A stretch of DNA of 15,224 bases from Chthonomonadales bacterium (GCA_038217285.1 JBBQPO010000150.1:1-15224), one strand, 5' to 3'; positions 7,449 through 15,224 are shown, counted from the first letter of the stretch. The notes: generated by a model not told the origin, from the letters alone. Program-made: numbers and translations.

Positions 7449-7698
7449 GTATTGTGTATTTCGCCCCGATGCGTTCTCCACTTCCGACCTCTTGCAGAAA
7501 GTTTGCCTTCCCCGACACAACGGGTGTGACTTCTTCCTGCGACGACACAGCCGACCACTTCGACGGAACCCTGTTGGGTGATCCTGTCTTTGTGCGGGAG
7601 GGATAGGAGAGAGGGAACGCCCTGGCCTTTGTTCGCCTATTGCGGATTGGGTAGAGTGATGGATCACTCCCTTCGATACGCTGAACCACCTTATCGCA

Positions 7699-7794
7699 CT
7701 AAGCGGCCGTCCGCTCAACGCTCGTAGAAATTTCGCGTGCGCTGATCTCGTTGTGCTCGTAGAAAGTACGAACCTTCAGCGGTTGGCCGCTTAG
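7699..7794. repeat. 96-bp element with 28-bp imperfect inverted repeats (MITE-like or structured leader)
   Basis: CTAAGCGGCCGTCCGCTCAACGCTCGTA (7699-7726) against the reverse complement of 7767-7794, CTAAGCGGCCAACCGCTGAAGGTTCGTA: 23/28 identical. Confidence 0.7.
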
Positions 7795-7835
7795 CTATAA
7801 TGTCCTATGGTTGCTTTCAGAAAGGGAGTGTTAGA

Positions 7836-8055
7836 ATGCGCCTTCTTCAATGGCTGAAAGGTTGCGAGCAGAACCCGCGTCCGTGTACGCTCGCTATCCT
7901 CGGCACTTCACTCGGCCTTGTTCTCCTCGGCAGCGGCCCCTCCGCTCAGGCCCAGCTCGTCATCACCCCGACCTTCGACGCCACGATCACGGGCGCTGGC
8001 CCTCTCCGCTTACGGCCTGCGTCGCCGTAAGCGTGTCGGCAAGACCGCCGCGTAG
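7836..8055 (+). pseudogene. Collapsed PEP-CTERM-type secreted protein gene: N-terminus fused out of frame to its C-terminal tail
   Basis: RBS AAAGGGA and ATG 7836, signal peptide ending SAQA, then QLVITPTFDATITG (resembles the mature N-terminus of NF038122-type PEP-CTERM metalloproteases, from recall). A different frame (7993-8055) reads ALALSAYGLRRRKRVGKTAA*, a membrane-anchor end plus basic tail. Confidence 0.7.
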
Positions 8056-8088
8056 CGCCGCCCTCGGCGCTTTATGCACCCACAAAAG

Positions 8089-8132
8089 CAAAATGCCCCC
8101 GTTCTTCCTGGCAGGAGGACGGGGGCATTTTG
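8089..8132. terminator. Bidirectional intrinsic terminator-like hairpin
   Basis: CAAAATGCCCCCGTTCTTCCTG...CAGGAGGACGGGGGCATTTTG, with A/T flanks, between convergent genes. Confidence 0.75.
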
Positions 8133-8257
8133 TCGGTTAACCAGGAGGCGAGTTGCGTGAAATACCCTCGAGAACACAGGGTCATCGCTGGCTCCGGCGC
8201 TCATGCCACCCTATGTGTTGCCGTTCTACGGAGCAACGGTGCAGGTCGAAGCCCTGC

Positions 8258-8806
8258 CTACGGAAGCGTGAAGCCTTTTGGGACCCAGTGGCTGTCGTAA
8301 TCACGTTCCAGGAGAGGCTTGCCGTGGCGAGAGGCGTCGGCCCTGGCGTTCAGTTCTTTATAAAGGGCATCGAAGTCTGGTGAGGCTTCATTGGCCCATT
8401 TCGATACCGCCAGTGCCTTACCCGAAGCCATCGTGACGAAAATCGTGGGACGCGCCTCGCCGGGGAGGCCGACTTTTCGTTTCGGGCGGATCGCGAAGAA
8501 ATGCCGTTCTTCGACGAGCAAGGCGATCTGGTGTAGGACGTCGCGCGAGAGCGCAAGCGTAAAATGTTGTTCGACCAGAGCGGTCGCCCCTGGACGCCGG
8601 AACACGAACTGACAAACGCCGGTCCCGTCGCTCCGTAGATAGAGGTTCTGTCCGCCGTAAAGGGCGTGAACATCCCGAAGAATCACCGTTTTTATAGCGG
8701 GCGGCCGCTTCTCTTGCCCCTCGCCGCTGATAACGAGGGGAAGGAGAAGGGCCGAGGTGAGGAGGGTCTGTGGGGTCCAGAAACCGGCTTTCGTGTTTTG
8801 GCGCAT
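8258..8806 (-). CDS. Hypothetical, probably secreted protein (possible emfourin/DUF6438-like fold)
   Basis: Start reassigned to ATG 8806 (RBS GAGGT). Hydrophobic N-terminal segment LLTSALLLPLVISG. The pattern LYLRSDGTG...LSRDVLHQIALLVEERHFFAI...PTIFVTMASGKALAVSKW...PDFDALYKEL only loosely suggests the fold. Confidence 0.65.
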   Translation of the reverse strand: MRQNTKAGFWTPQTLLTSALLLPLVISGEGQEKRPPAIKTVILRDVHALYGGQNLYLRSDGTGVCQFVFRRPGATALVEQHFTLALSRDVLHQIALLVEERHFFAIRPKRKVGLPGEARPTIFVTMASGKALAVSKWANEASPDFDALYKELNARADASRHGKPLLERDYDSHWVPKGFTLP

Positions 8807-8873
8807 TACAGGTACCTCAAGAGCGTCATCGATTCGGTCGAGCATTGTGTTGACCGTGAGATAGGCAGAGAGA

Positions 8874-9650
8874 TCAGGCTTTGCACCGGCGTCGCAAACG
8901 GAACACCAGGCCCGCTCCGATTCCGCTCACCAGGAATGCGTACGTTCCCGGCTCAGGTGTCGGCACGAGAATGAAACTCTGGCCAGCGTTTAATGTGTTC
9001 ATGTAATCCAGGTACTGCTGGTAGTATCGAGGGTACATCGCCGGGCCTGCGGTCAGCGCCCCCAGCCCCATTAACCCGTCGGGCGACAGTTGCGGATTAG
9101 GATATTGGTTCACGGCACCGCCGATGTATTCGTCATACAGGCTCAGCATATGCCCGAACTCATGGGCGTTGGCGACGCTCGTCGATCCGGTATACCAGTT
9201 AAGCATATCGTCACGGCCCGTTCCGGCGTGAACCTGAACCGTCTGGTCGAAGGGGCCTGCCGTCGTCAGGTTGACGGTAATGGGATAGGAGGTGTTCGTG
9301 GCGGTGTCGGTAATCACGAACTTGTTGTTCCAGACACCCTCTACGCCCGCCTTCGCGGCCGCCTGGTACGCAGTCTTGTCCGCTGCGGTGTAGTTCAGGC
9401 CAGCATCGAACACGAAGTCGATCTGAACATCCTTATAAAGTTTTGTACCGTCGAAACCCCGAACGTACTTGTAGTTCCAGCCGTAGGGGCCGTAGGTGGT
9501 TCCGTTGTCGGTGTAGGCGGCCGTTGCGCGAGCGCCGTTGCGGACCTCGGAACCTGTAGTGAGTTGCGCGGACGCGGGGACTGCCGAGGCGAGAACATAA
9601 ATTGCGAGAAATGTCAAACCACTGAGTCGGAGACGCGATAACCAGAGCAT
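8874..9650 (-). CDS. PEP-CTERM-anchored zinc metalloprotease-like protein
   Basis: RBS AAAGGAG; signal peptide ending ASA; zinc motif AHEFGHMLSLYDEY and a downstream GLMG Met-turn-like motif; C-terminal VPTPEPGTYAFLVSGIGAGLVFRLRRRCKA sorting signal. Confidence 0.9.
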   Translation of the reverse strand: MLWLSRLRLSGLTFLAIYVLASAVPASAQLTTGSEVRNGARATAAYTDNGTTYGPYGWNYKYVRGFDGTKLYKDVQIDFVFDAGLNYTAADKTAYQAAAKAGVEGVWNNKFVITDTATNTSYPITVNLTTAGPFDQTVQVHAGTGRDDMLNWYTGSTSVANAHEFGHMLSLYDEYIGGAVNQYPNPQLSPDGLMGLGALTAGPAMYPRYYQQYLDYMNTLNAGQSFILVPTPEPGTYAFLVSGIGAGLVFRLRRRCKA

Positions 9651-9846
9651 GTAGATTCTCCTTTCGGACGGAATCGTGGTTGGGAGCGACGGACGTATCA
9701 GCGATCATCCGTGCTGTTCCCTATGGGAGAGATTGGACCCCGCGTGGATGTGCACACGGGTTACGTGAAAGGCCGAAACCTCTGGACGCGGAGAGGGGAC
9801 TAATCTGATGTTGGCGCTGATGATGGTTTGGCCGCTGACCTACAGT

Positions 9847-9875
9847 AGTATAACATAGTATTTAGGCGATGTCAA
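9847..9875 (-). promoter_or_regulatory. Near-consensus sigma70 promoter for the PEP-CTERM protease
   Basis: The minus strand reads TTGACA-N17-TATACT with an extended TG (TTGACATCGCCTAAATACTATGTTATACT). Confidence 0.8.
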
Positions 9876-10019
9876 CAACCAGACATTAAGATTGCCTCCG
9901 TTCTTTCTGCCGCGCTTCCCTCGACCGGGCGAAAGTCGAATCGGGTATACTGCTTCGGGCCGGTACGTGTGTGGGAGGGGAGACTGATCGTCGAGAGCAA
10001 GACGCAAATAGAGGCGGAA

Positions 10020-11225
10020 ATGGGACGACAGCGAGGACGGAGCGGGATGCTGGCAACAGGCTTCGCGCTCAACCTGCTTTTCGCCATGTATATCAGCGGG
10101 TTGGGGGTGCTCCTGCCGGTTATGGGGCGGGCCTTTCATCTCGGAATTGAGGTAAAAGGACGCCTGTTTCCAGCCAGTTTCCTGGGAGCTGTCATCGGGG
10201 TGCTCGTGACCGGACCGCTCTCCGACCGCTTCGGGCGCAAGCCGGTGCTGCTGCTCTCCCTCGCTCTCTATACGCTCGGCCTTCTCAGTTGCGGCGCGGC
10301 GACCTCGTTCGGACTGGCGCTGCTGGCGGCGCCGCTGATCGGAGCGGGCAGTGCAGGGATGCAGTCGGTCATGAACGCCGCTCTCTCCGATCTGTTTCCG
10401 GAGCGTCGCGCCGTGGTTCTGAACTCCATGCAGGTCGCTTTTGGCGTCGGCGCGATCATCAGTCCCGCGCTGGCGCAGCAACTGCTGCAGGCCGGAACCG
10501 ACTGGCGTCTGCTCTATTTTGGTCTGGCGGCGGGCGTTGCCGCTGCAGGCGTTGTGCTGGCCTTCCTGCCGATGCCCCGTCCGGCAAGCGACGTCACCGC
10601 GCCCGGCCTCGCCGCGCTGTTCGGCATGCTCACCAACCCGCTCGTCGTCGTGCTCTGCCTGGCGCAACTTCTCTATGCAGGCGCAGAGGTCGGCTTCTTT
10701 TCATGGATGCCGACCTACTTCCACGAGCATGTTCCGCACGGCGCGAAGTGGGCGGGGCTGATCGTCAGCCTGTTCTGGGTCGGTATGACCGCCGGAAGGC
10801 TCGGGACCGGGTGGCTGCTGGGCCGCTTCCGTCTGGTTCCCCTGCGCCGCCGGCTGGCGACAGGCGGGGCGATCTGCGCCACGCTGACGCTGTTCGGCAC
10901 AACGCCCGGCACCGTGATGTTCTGGGTGGTGCTGACCGGCCTCTGCTTCGGCGGTATCTACAGCGTGATTCTGGCCGAGGGCGCCGACCGTTTCCCGACC
11001 GCGGCCGGGACGGTGTTCGGAGCGATCTCCGCCGCAGGCAATATCGGCGTCGCCCTGGTCCCCTGGGCCATCGGCGCCCTGGTGAATTTCGGCGTGGACT
11101 GGCGTCTGGCCCTGAGCCTGCCGCCGCTCTGCGCCGCCGGAGTGGCTCTGAACGCCCTGCTGCTGGAAACGGCGCGCACTCGACGACAGACCGCAGCAGG
11201 CAGAAAAACGGCAGGTGAGCCGTGA
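10020..11225 (+). CDS. MFS transporter
   Basis: About 12 hydrophobic segments and MFS motif A (GPLSDRFGRKPVLL). The start is uncertain (9969 GTG, 10020 ATG after GAGG, or a later ATG). Confidence 0.9.
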   Translation: MGRQRGRSGMLATGFALNLLFAMYISGLGVLLPVMGRAFHLGIEVKGRLFPASFLGAVIGVLVTGPLSDRFGRKPVLLLSLALYTLGLLSCGAATSFGLALLAAPLIGAGSAGMQSVMNAALSDLFPERRAVVLNSMQVAFGVGAIISPALAQQLLQAGTDWRLLYFGLAAGVAAAGVVLAFLPMPRPASDVTAPGLAALFGMLTNPLVVVLCLAQLLYAGAEVGFFSWMPTYFHEHVPHGAKWAGLIVSLFWVGMTAGRLGTGWLLGRFRLVPLRRRLATGGAICATLTLFGTTPGTVMFWVVLTGLCFGGIYSVILAEGADRFPTAAGTVFGAISAAGNIGVALVPWAIGALVNFGVDWRLALSLPPLCAAGVALNALLLETARTRRQTAAGRKTAGEP

Positions 11226-11235
11226 GGACGACGAG

Positions 11236-11712
11236 ATGAGCAGAGTGCTGGCTCTGGATGTGGGTGAAAAGACCATCGGCGTGGCCATGAGCGACGAGAC
11301 GGGCCGCATGGCCTTCCCCGGCGTAACGATCTGGCGGCAGGAGGGCCACAAGCGCGATATGGCCGCTGTGCGCCAACTGGTGGCCGATAGCAAAGTCGCG
11401 GAGGTCGTCGTCGGCTTGCCGCTGATGATGGACGGCTCGCGGGGCATTCAGGCCGAAAAGATCGAGGCGTTCGTGGCCGTTCTGCGCAACAACATCCGCC
11501 TTCCCATCCACCTGCAAGACGAGAGGCTCTCGACACGTCAGGCCGAGCGCGTTCTCATCGCCGCCGACCGCCGCCGTGACGAGCGCAAGAAAACCATCGA
11601 CAGCATGGCCGCCTGCCTCCTCCTCCAGACCTATCTCGATCGGCGCACCGAAGCCGTCCGGCGAGAAACGGCCCTCCAAGAGCTTATGGACGAAGATGAA
11701 ACCGAAGGGTAA
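11236..11712 (+). CDS. ruvX: Holliday junction resolvase-like / pre-16S rRNA processing nuclease RuvX (YqgF)
   Basis: Motifs RVLALDVGEKTIGVAMSD, VVVGLPLMMDGS, QDERLST and IDSMAACLLLQTYLD. RBS GAGGA precedes ATG 11236. Confidence 0.95.
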   Translation: MSRVLALDVGEKTIGVAMSDETGRMAFPGVTIWRQEGHKRDMAAVRQLVADSKVAEVVVGLPLMMDGSRGIQAEKIEAFVAVLRNNIRLPIHLQDERLSTRQAERVLIAADRRRDERKKTIDSMAACLLLQTYLDRRTEAVRRETALQELMDEDETEG

Positions 11713-11836
11713 GCGGGCTGTCCTCCTGGCATAAAATAGGGCGAAGCTGGTCTTCTTCGGTGTCGAGCAGAGGAAAAGCGTGGACGGGTGGCGAAACGGA
11801 CTGCGAAGCGTGTCCTACCCGACCAACAGGCCCATC

Positions 11837-12289
11837 ATGCCGACAGAACTCAGCCCAACCCTACATCTGCGCCTCCTTGGACCCTTCGCCGCCTCCCATC
11901 TCACCTCTCCCACCACCCACACCCTCGCTCTGCAACTCACCGAGGAGGAGTGCGATCTCCTCGCCTTCAACAAAGCCCAAGAGCAGAACCGGCCCGAGGC
12001 ATGGAGGCAGGCCGTCACCCTCTACCGCGGACATCTCCTCGCCGACAGTTACGAACTCTGGGTCAGGCCCGAGCGCGCCGCGCGCCACGAGGGCTACCTG
12101 CACACCCTGCAGAGGCTAGCCCAATACGAGAGCGAGCAGGGGGAGTGGCGGGAGGCGGCGCACTTTCTGCGGCTTGGCATCGCCTGCGATCTTCTGCGGG
12201 AGAGCCTCTACGGCGCCTTGATGGAGGCGCAACGCTGGAGGAAGTGGAACCGCCAAACTATTATCGCTCCACAATTCCGCCTCGGTTGA
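11837..12289 (+). pseudogene. Degenerate SARP/BTAD transcriptional activator fragment
   Basis: The N-terminus LHLRLLGPF joins almost directly to BTAD-like DLLAF...AVTLYRGHLLADSYELWVRPER...DLLRESLYGALMEA. The winged-helix domain is missing and similarity is lost after about 12230. Confidence 0.7.
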
Positions 12290-12396
12290 AGTCAGAAGGG
12301 GTCCGAATGTGGAGCAGTAATTCTTGGGAGTTGCCTAAGCAATCCGTTCGGGCTGGGCTGCAAACGCGGATCGTTTGCGGTCGGAGAAGCCGAATG

Positions 12397-13320
12397 TCAT
12401 GGATCGCGCCGCGGGGGGCGGAGTTTCTGTGTGCAGATCGCTACTCCGATGAGGGTCAGGGCGGCGAGCACGCTCGGCAGGCGGATAGGCTCTCCGAGCA
12501 GGAGCGCCGCCCAGACGAGCGTCAGCACCGGCTGCACCAGTTGGATCTGCCCGACATGCGCCACGCCTCCCAGCGCCAGCCCGCGATACCAGGCGAAGAA
12601 CCCTAGCAGCGCACTCACGACCGCCACATAGCTGAAGCCGATCCAGGCGCGCGGTGAGGCACTGACGCCATGCTTCCCGACTGCCAACAGCACTGGCACG
12701 ATCAGCAGCGGGGCGACCAGCACCAGCGCCCAGCAGATGACCCGCCAGCCGTTTATCTCTCGGGCCAGTCGGCCGCCCTCCGCATAGCCGAGTGCGCCGA
12801 GTCCGACGGCGGCCAGCAGCAACAGGTCGCCGGGCTGCGGATGGCCCGCGCCCTCGGTCGCGGCGAACGCCAGAACCGCCACAACCCCCACGAGACAGCC
12901 GACCCAGAACAGTTTCGAGGGCCTTTCCCCCGCCCGCAGCACGCCCATCACGGCGGTCGCCGCCGGGAGCAGACCTGTCGCGACCGCGCCATGCGCGGAG
13001 GGCAGAGACTGCATGGCGAGCGCCGACAGGAGCGGAAAGCCGATGATAACGCCTAGCGCGACGAGGGCGAGTGCGGGCCAGTGACGGCGGTCGGGCAGAG
13101 GCTCTCGCAGGCAGAACAGGATCGCACCGGCCAGAACGGCGGCGACCAGTGAACGGCCCAACCCCACGAAGACGCCGCCAAGTTCGGGGGCGGCGGCACG
13201 CGTCGCTGGCATGGTAAAACTGAAGGCGAGCACGCCCAGCGCCCCGAGCAGCATGCCTTCCGCTCGTGGGGAGAGGGCGCGTCGTGCGGGGCGTCCCGCA
13301 TTACCGATTGTCTGGTCCAC
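12397..13320 (-). CDS. DMT/EamA family transporter
   Basis: GTG 13320 after a GAGGAG RBS; about 10 hydrophobic segments in two repeats; GFFAWYRGLALGGVAHVGQIQLVQPVLTLVWAALLLGE. Confidence 0.9.
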   Translation of the reverse strand: MDQTIGNAGRPARRALSPRAEGMLLGALGVLAFSFTMPATRAAAPELGGVFVGLGRSLVAAVLAGAILFCLREPLPDRRHWPALALVALGVIIGFPLLSALAMQSLPSAHGAVATGLLPAATAVMGVLRAGERPSKLFWVGCLVGVVAVLAFAATEGAGHPQPGDLLLLAAVGLGALGYAEGGRLAREINGWRVICWALVLVAPLLIVPVLLAVGKHGVSASPRAWIGFSYVAVVSALLGFFAWYRGLALGGVAHVGQIQLVQPVLTLVWAALLLGEPIRLPSVLAALTLIGVAICTQKLRPPRRDP

Positions 13321-13414
13321 GATGACTCCTCTGTACTTGCCGTAACGTTGGTTGCAGGAACAGAGTATGCGGCACGGAGCGCCCTCGTGAACAGAGGCAG
13401 TCAGAGCGATGTGC

Positions 13415-13477
13415 GACCAGTACAGTTGGTGTGAGGTAAACTGTTCCGGTAACAGTTGGCCCAGACTGTCTCTGGTC
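13415..13477. promoter_or_regulatory. Putative MocR-regulator operator array in the divergent intergenic region
   Basis: Palindrome AACTGTT-CCGGT-AACAGTT (13439-13457); direct repeat ACAGTTGG at 13422 and 13452; outer inverted pair GACCAGTACAGT / ACTGTCTCTGGTC. Confidence 0.7.
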
Positions 13478-13507
13478 AGAACGGCGAAGAAAGCGTACAA
13501 TAGAAAG

Positions 13508-14956
13508 ATGCAGGATCCACCGCTCGCAAATATGCCCGGCGCTACCCTCTATGAACATGTCGCGTCCCAACTCGTGGGACTGATCGACGGCGGCACATTC
13601 CGTGTGGGAGATCGTCTGCCCTCGGTGCGAGAGCTCTGTCGGCAGCGGCAGGTCAGCGTCTCCACGGTGATGGAGGCTTACCGACTGCTGGAAGATCAGG
13701 GTCGGGTGGAGGTGCGCCCGCAGTCGGGGCACTACGTCTGCGCCTACGAGAGGACGCTGCCGGGCGAGCCGGCCCGCTCGCAGCCCGCCTCTCATCCGAC
13801 CACCATCAGCCTGAGCGATCTGATGCTGCGCATTCTGCGCAGCGCCGAAGACCCGACGCTGGTGCCCTTCGGCGCGGCCCTGCCGGATGTGGCGCTCCTG
13901 CCGACCGAAAAACTGCATCGCGCCTATATGACGGTGGCCCGGCGCGAAGGCGATGTGCTGTCGCGCTACAGCGTGCCGCCAGGCTGTCTGCCGTTACGCA
14001 CGCAGATCGCACGACGCCTGCTCACGGCCGGCTGCACGCTTGCGCCCGAACAGATCGTGATCACCTCGGGCTGTCAGGAGGCGCTGTCGCTGGCCTTGCG
14101 GGCGACCTGTCGCCCTGGCGATACGGTCGTGGTCGATTCACCGACCTACTTCAACATTCTGCAACTGCTGGAGACGCTGGGCCTGCGCGCGCTCGAACTG
14201 CCCAGCGATCCCCGCGAAGGCCTCTGTCTGCCGCCGCTTCAGGACGCCCTGCGCGAGCATTCCGTGCGGGCCTGCCTGGTCCAGTCGAACTTCAGCAACC
14301 CGCTGGGCGGCTCGATGCCGAGCGAGAAGAAGCGCGAGTTGGTGACCCTGCTGGCGCGGCACGACATCCCGCTGATCGAAGACGACATCTTCGGCGATCT
14401 CTATTTCGATGCGGATCGGCCCGATGTCGCCAAAGCCTACGACCGTAAAGGGCTGGTTCTGCTCTGTTCTTCGATCACCAAAACCCTCTCGCCGGGCTAC
14501 CGCATCGGCTGGATCGCGGCGGGACAGTTTCAAGCCGAAGTGGAGCGACTGAAGTTCGCCAGCACGGTCGCGACCGCGACACCGCTGCAGTACGCTGTCG
14601 CGGAGTTCCTGGTGAACGGCGGCTACGACCACCATCTCCGCAGTGTGCGTCGGGTCTATAGCCAGCGTATCGCGGCGATGGCGCAGGCGGTCGGGCGATG
14701 TTTTCCCGCTGGCACCCTTGTCTCCCGTCCGCACGGCGGCTTCGTGCTCTGGGTCGAGTGCCCACCCGAAATCGACACGATGATGCTCACCTCCCTCGCC
14801 CTGGAGGAGGGCATCACGGTCGCGCCCGGCCCGATCTTCACCGCCCAGCACCGCTACCTCAACTGCCTGCGCCTCAACGCCGCCTACTACTCCGAAGAGA
14901 CCGCCCCCGCCCTCCAAAAGCTCGGGAACCTCGCCACCTCCCTCCTCACCGCTTAA
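13508..14956 (+). CDS. MocR/GabR-subfamily GntR regulator (wHTH plus PLP-dependent aminotransferase-like domain)
   Basis: GDRLPSVRELCRQRQVSVSTVMEAYRLLEDQG (GntR HTH); IVITSGCQEAL, NFSNPLG, PLIEDDIFGDL, SSITKTLSPGYRIGW (PLP lysine). Start 13508 or 13532. Confidence 0.95.
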   Translation: MQDPPLANMPGATLYEHVASQLVGLIDGGTFRVGDRLPSVRELCRQRQVSVSTVMEAYRLLEDQGRVEVRPQSGHYVCAYERTLPGEPARSQPASHPTTISLSDLMLRILRSAEDPTLVPFGAALPDVALLPTEKLHRAYMTVARREGDVLSRYSVPPGCLPLRTQIARRLLTAGCTLAPEQIVITSGCQEALSLALRATCRPGDTVVVDSPTYFNILQLLETLGLRALELPSDPREGLCLPPLQDALREHSVRACLVQSNFSNPLGGSMPSEKKRELVTLLARHDIPLIEDDIFGDLYFDADRPDVAKAYDRKGLVLLCSSITKTLSPGYRIGWIAAGQFQAEVERLKFASTVATATPLQYAVAEFLVNGGYDHHLRSVRRVYSQRIAAMAQAVGRCFPAGTLVSRPHGGFVLWVECPPEIDTMMLTSLALEEGITVAPGPIFTAQHRYLNCLRLNAAYYSEETAPALQKLGNLATSLLTA

Positions 14957-15085
14957 TATTCTCCATCAACCAAGCACCGGACACCTTCGCTGCAAGAACC
15001 AAGCCAGCGGAAATGAAGCTCCAGTTCCCAAAATATAGCAAGCGCACTTTTGGGTCTAATTTACGAATGCAAACAAACAGGAGGA

Positions 15086-15224
15086 GTAACTGCTTAGGCC
15101 GATTCTGCCGTAGATTTTTCTTGCTCCATCGGGAATCTTTGAAGCGGACACATCGTACAAACGAGTATGCTTACACCCGAGGAAATTCAGGCCATCTACG
15201 ATAAGGGACCCGACGCAGTCGTGG
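15086..15224 (+). mobile_element. Left end of an IS66-family (ISBst12-like) element
   Basis: GTAACTGCTTAGG at 15086 matches the GTAA start of IS66 IRs. A transposase-like ORF begins 81 nt later. Confidence 0.65.
15167..15224 (+). CDS. N-terminus of a probable IS66-family transposase (partial)
   Basis: MLTPEEIQAIYDKGPDAVV resembles the EEIxAIYxxGPxAV N-terminus I recall for single-ORF IS66 transposases. Only 19 codons are visible. Confidence 0.65.
   Translation, partial: MLTPEEIQAIYDKGPDAVV

Noticed and set aside
7460-7510. Possible c-di-GMP-I riboswitch (minus-strand GGCAAAC...GCAA...ACGCA)
   Set aside because: The P2 stem does not pair properly and the GACGCAAAGC and tetraloop-receptor elements are missing.
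8173-8257. Cluster of small hairpins after the 8258 stop, considered as attC or ncRNA
   Set aside because: Short stems are expected by chance at this GC content, and there are no consensus boxes.
13321-13507. N-terminal extensions of the DMT (to 13500) and MocR (from 13409) ORFs
   Set aside because: The extensions overlap each other, look non-coding and cover the operator. Better starts exist at 13320 and 13508.
1-15224. Composite transposon bounded by the two IS ends; CRISPR array, tRNA or rRNA
   Set aside because: The two IS elements belong to different families and the interior includes housekeeping ruvX. No spaced repeats or structural RNA genes were seen.

Overview
GC-rich bacterial DNA; the gene content (PEP-CTERM proteins, a BTAD regulator, a YncE/phosphoesterase fusion) suggests an Armatimonadota-like organism, which is an inference only. 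The window is bracketed by two partial insertion sequences. On the left is the 3' end of an IS1-like element inserted into an ABC/AAA-type ATPase gene, next to a decayed SNF2-helicase C-terminus (probable defence-locus remnant). On the right is the 5' end of an IS66-like element. Between them lie: a secreted hypothetical protein; a minus-strand cluster (tandem NIL-NIL protein, two paralogous secreted retropepsin-PDZ aspartyl proteases, a small CxxC/CxxC protein, a beta-propeller/alkaline-phosphatase-superfamily protein); a collapsed PEP-CTERM pseudogene downstream of a sigma54-type promoter; a PEP-CTERM HExxH metalloprotease followed by a small secreted protein; an MFS transporter plus ruvX; a BTAD pseudogene; and a divergent DMT transporter/MocR regulator pair with a palindromic operator. 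The best candidate for an undescribed system is the NIL-NIL plus twin aspartyl-protease-PDZ operon. All family assignments come from visual motif recognition, not database searches.
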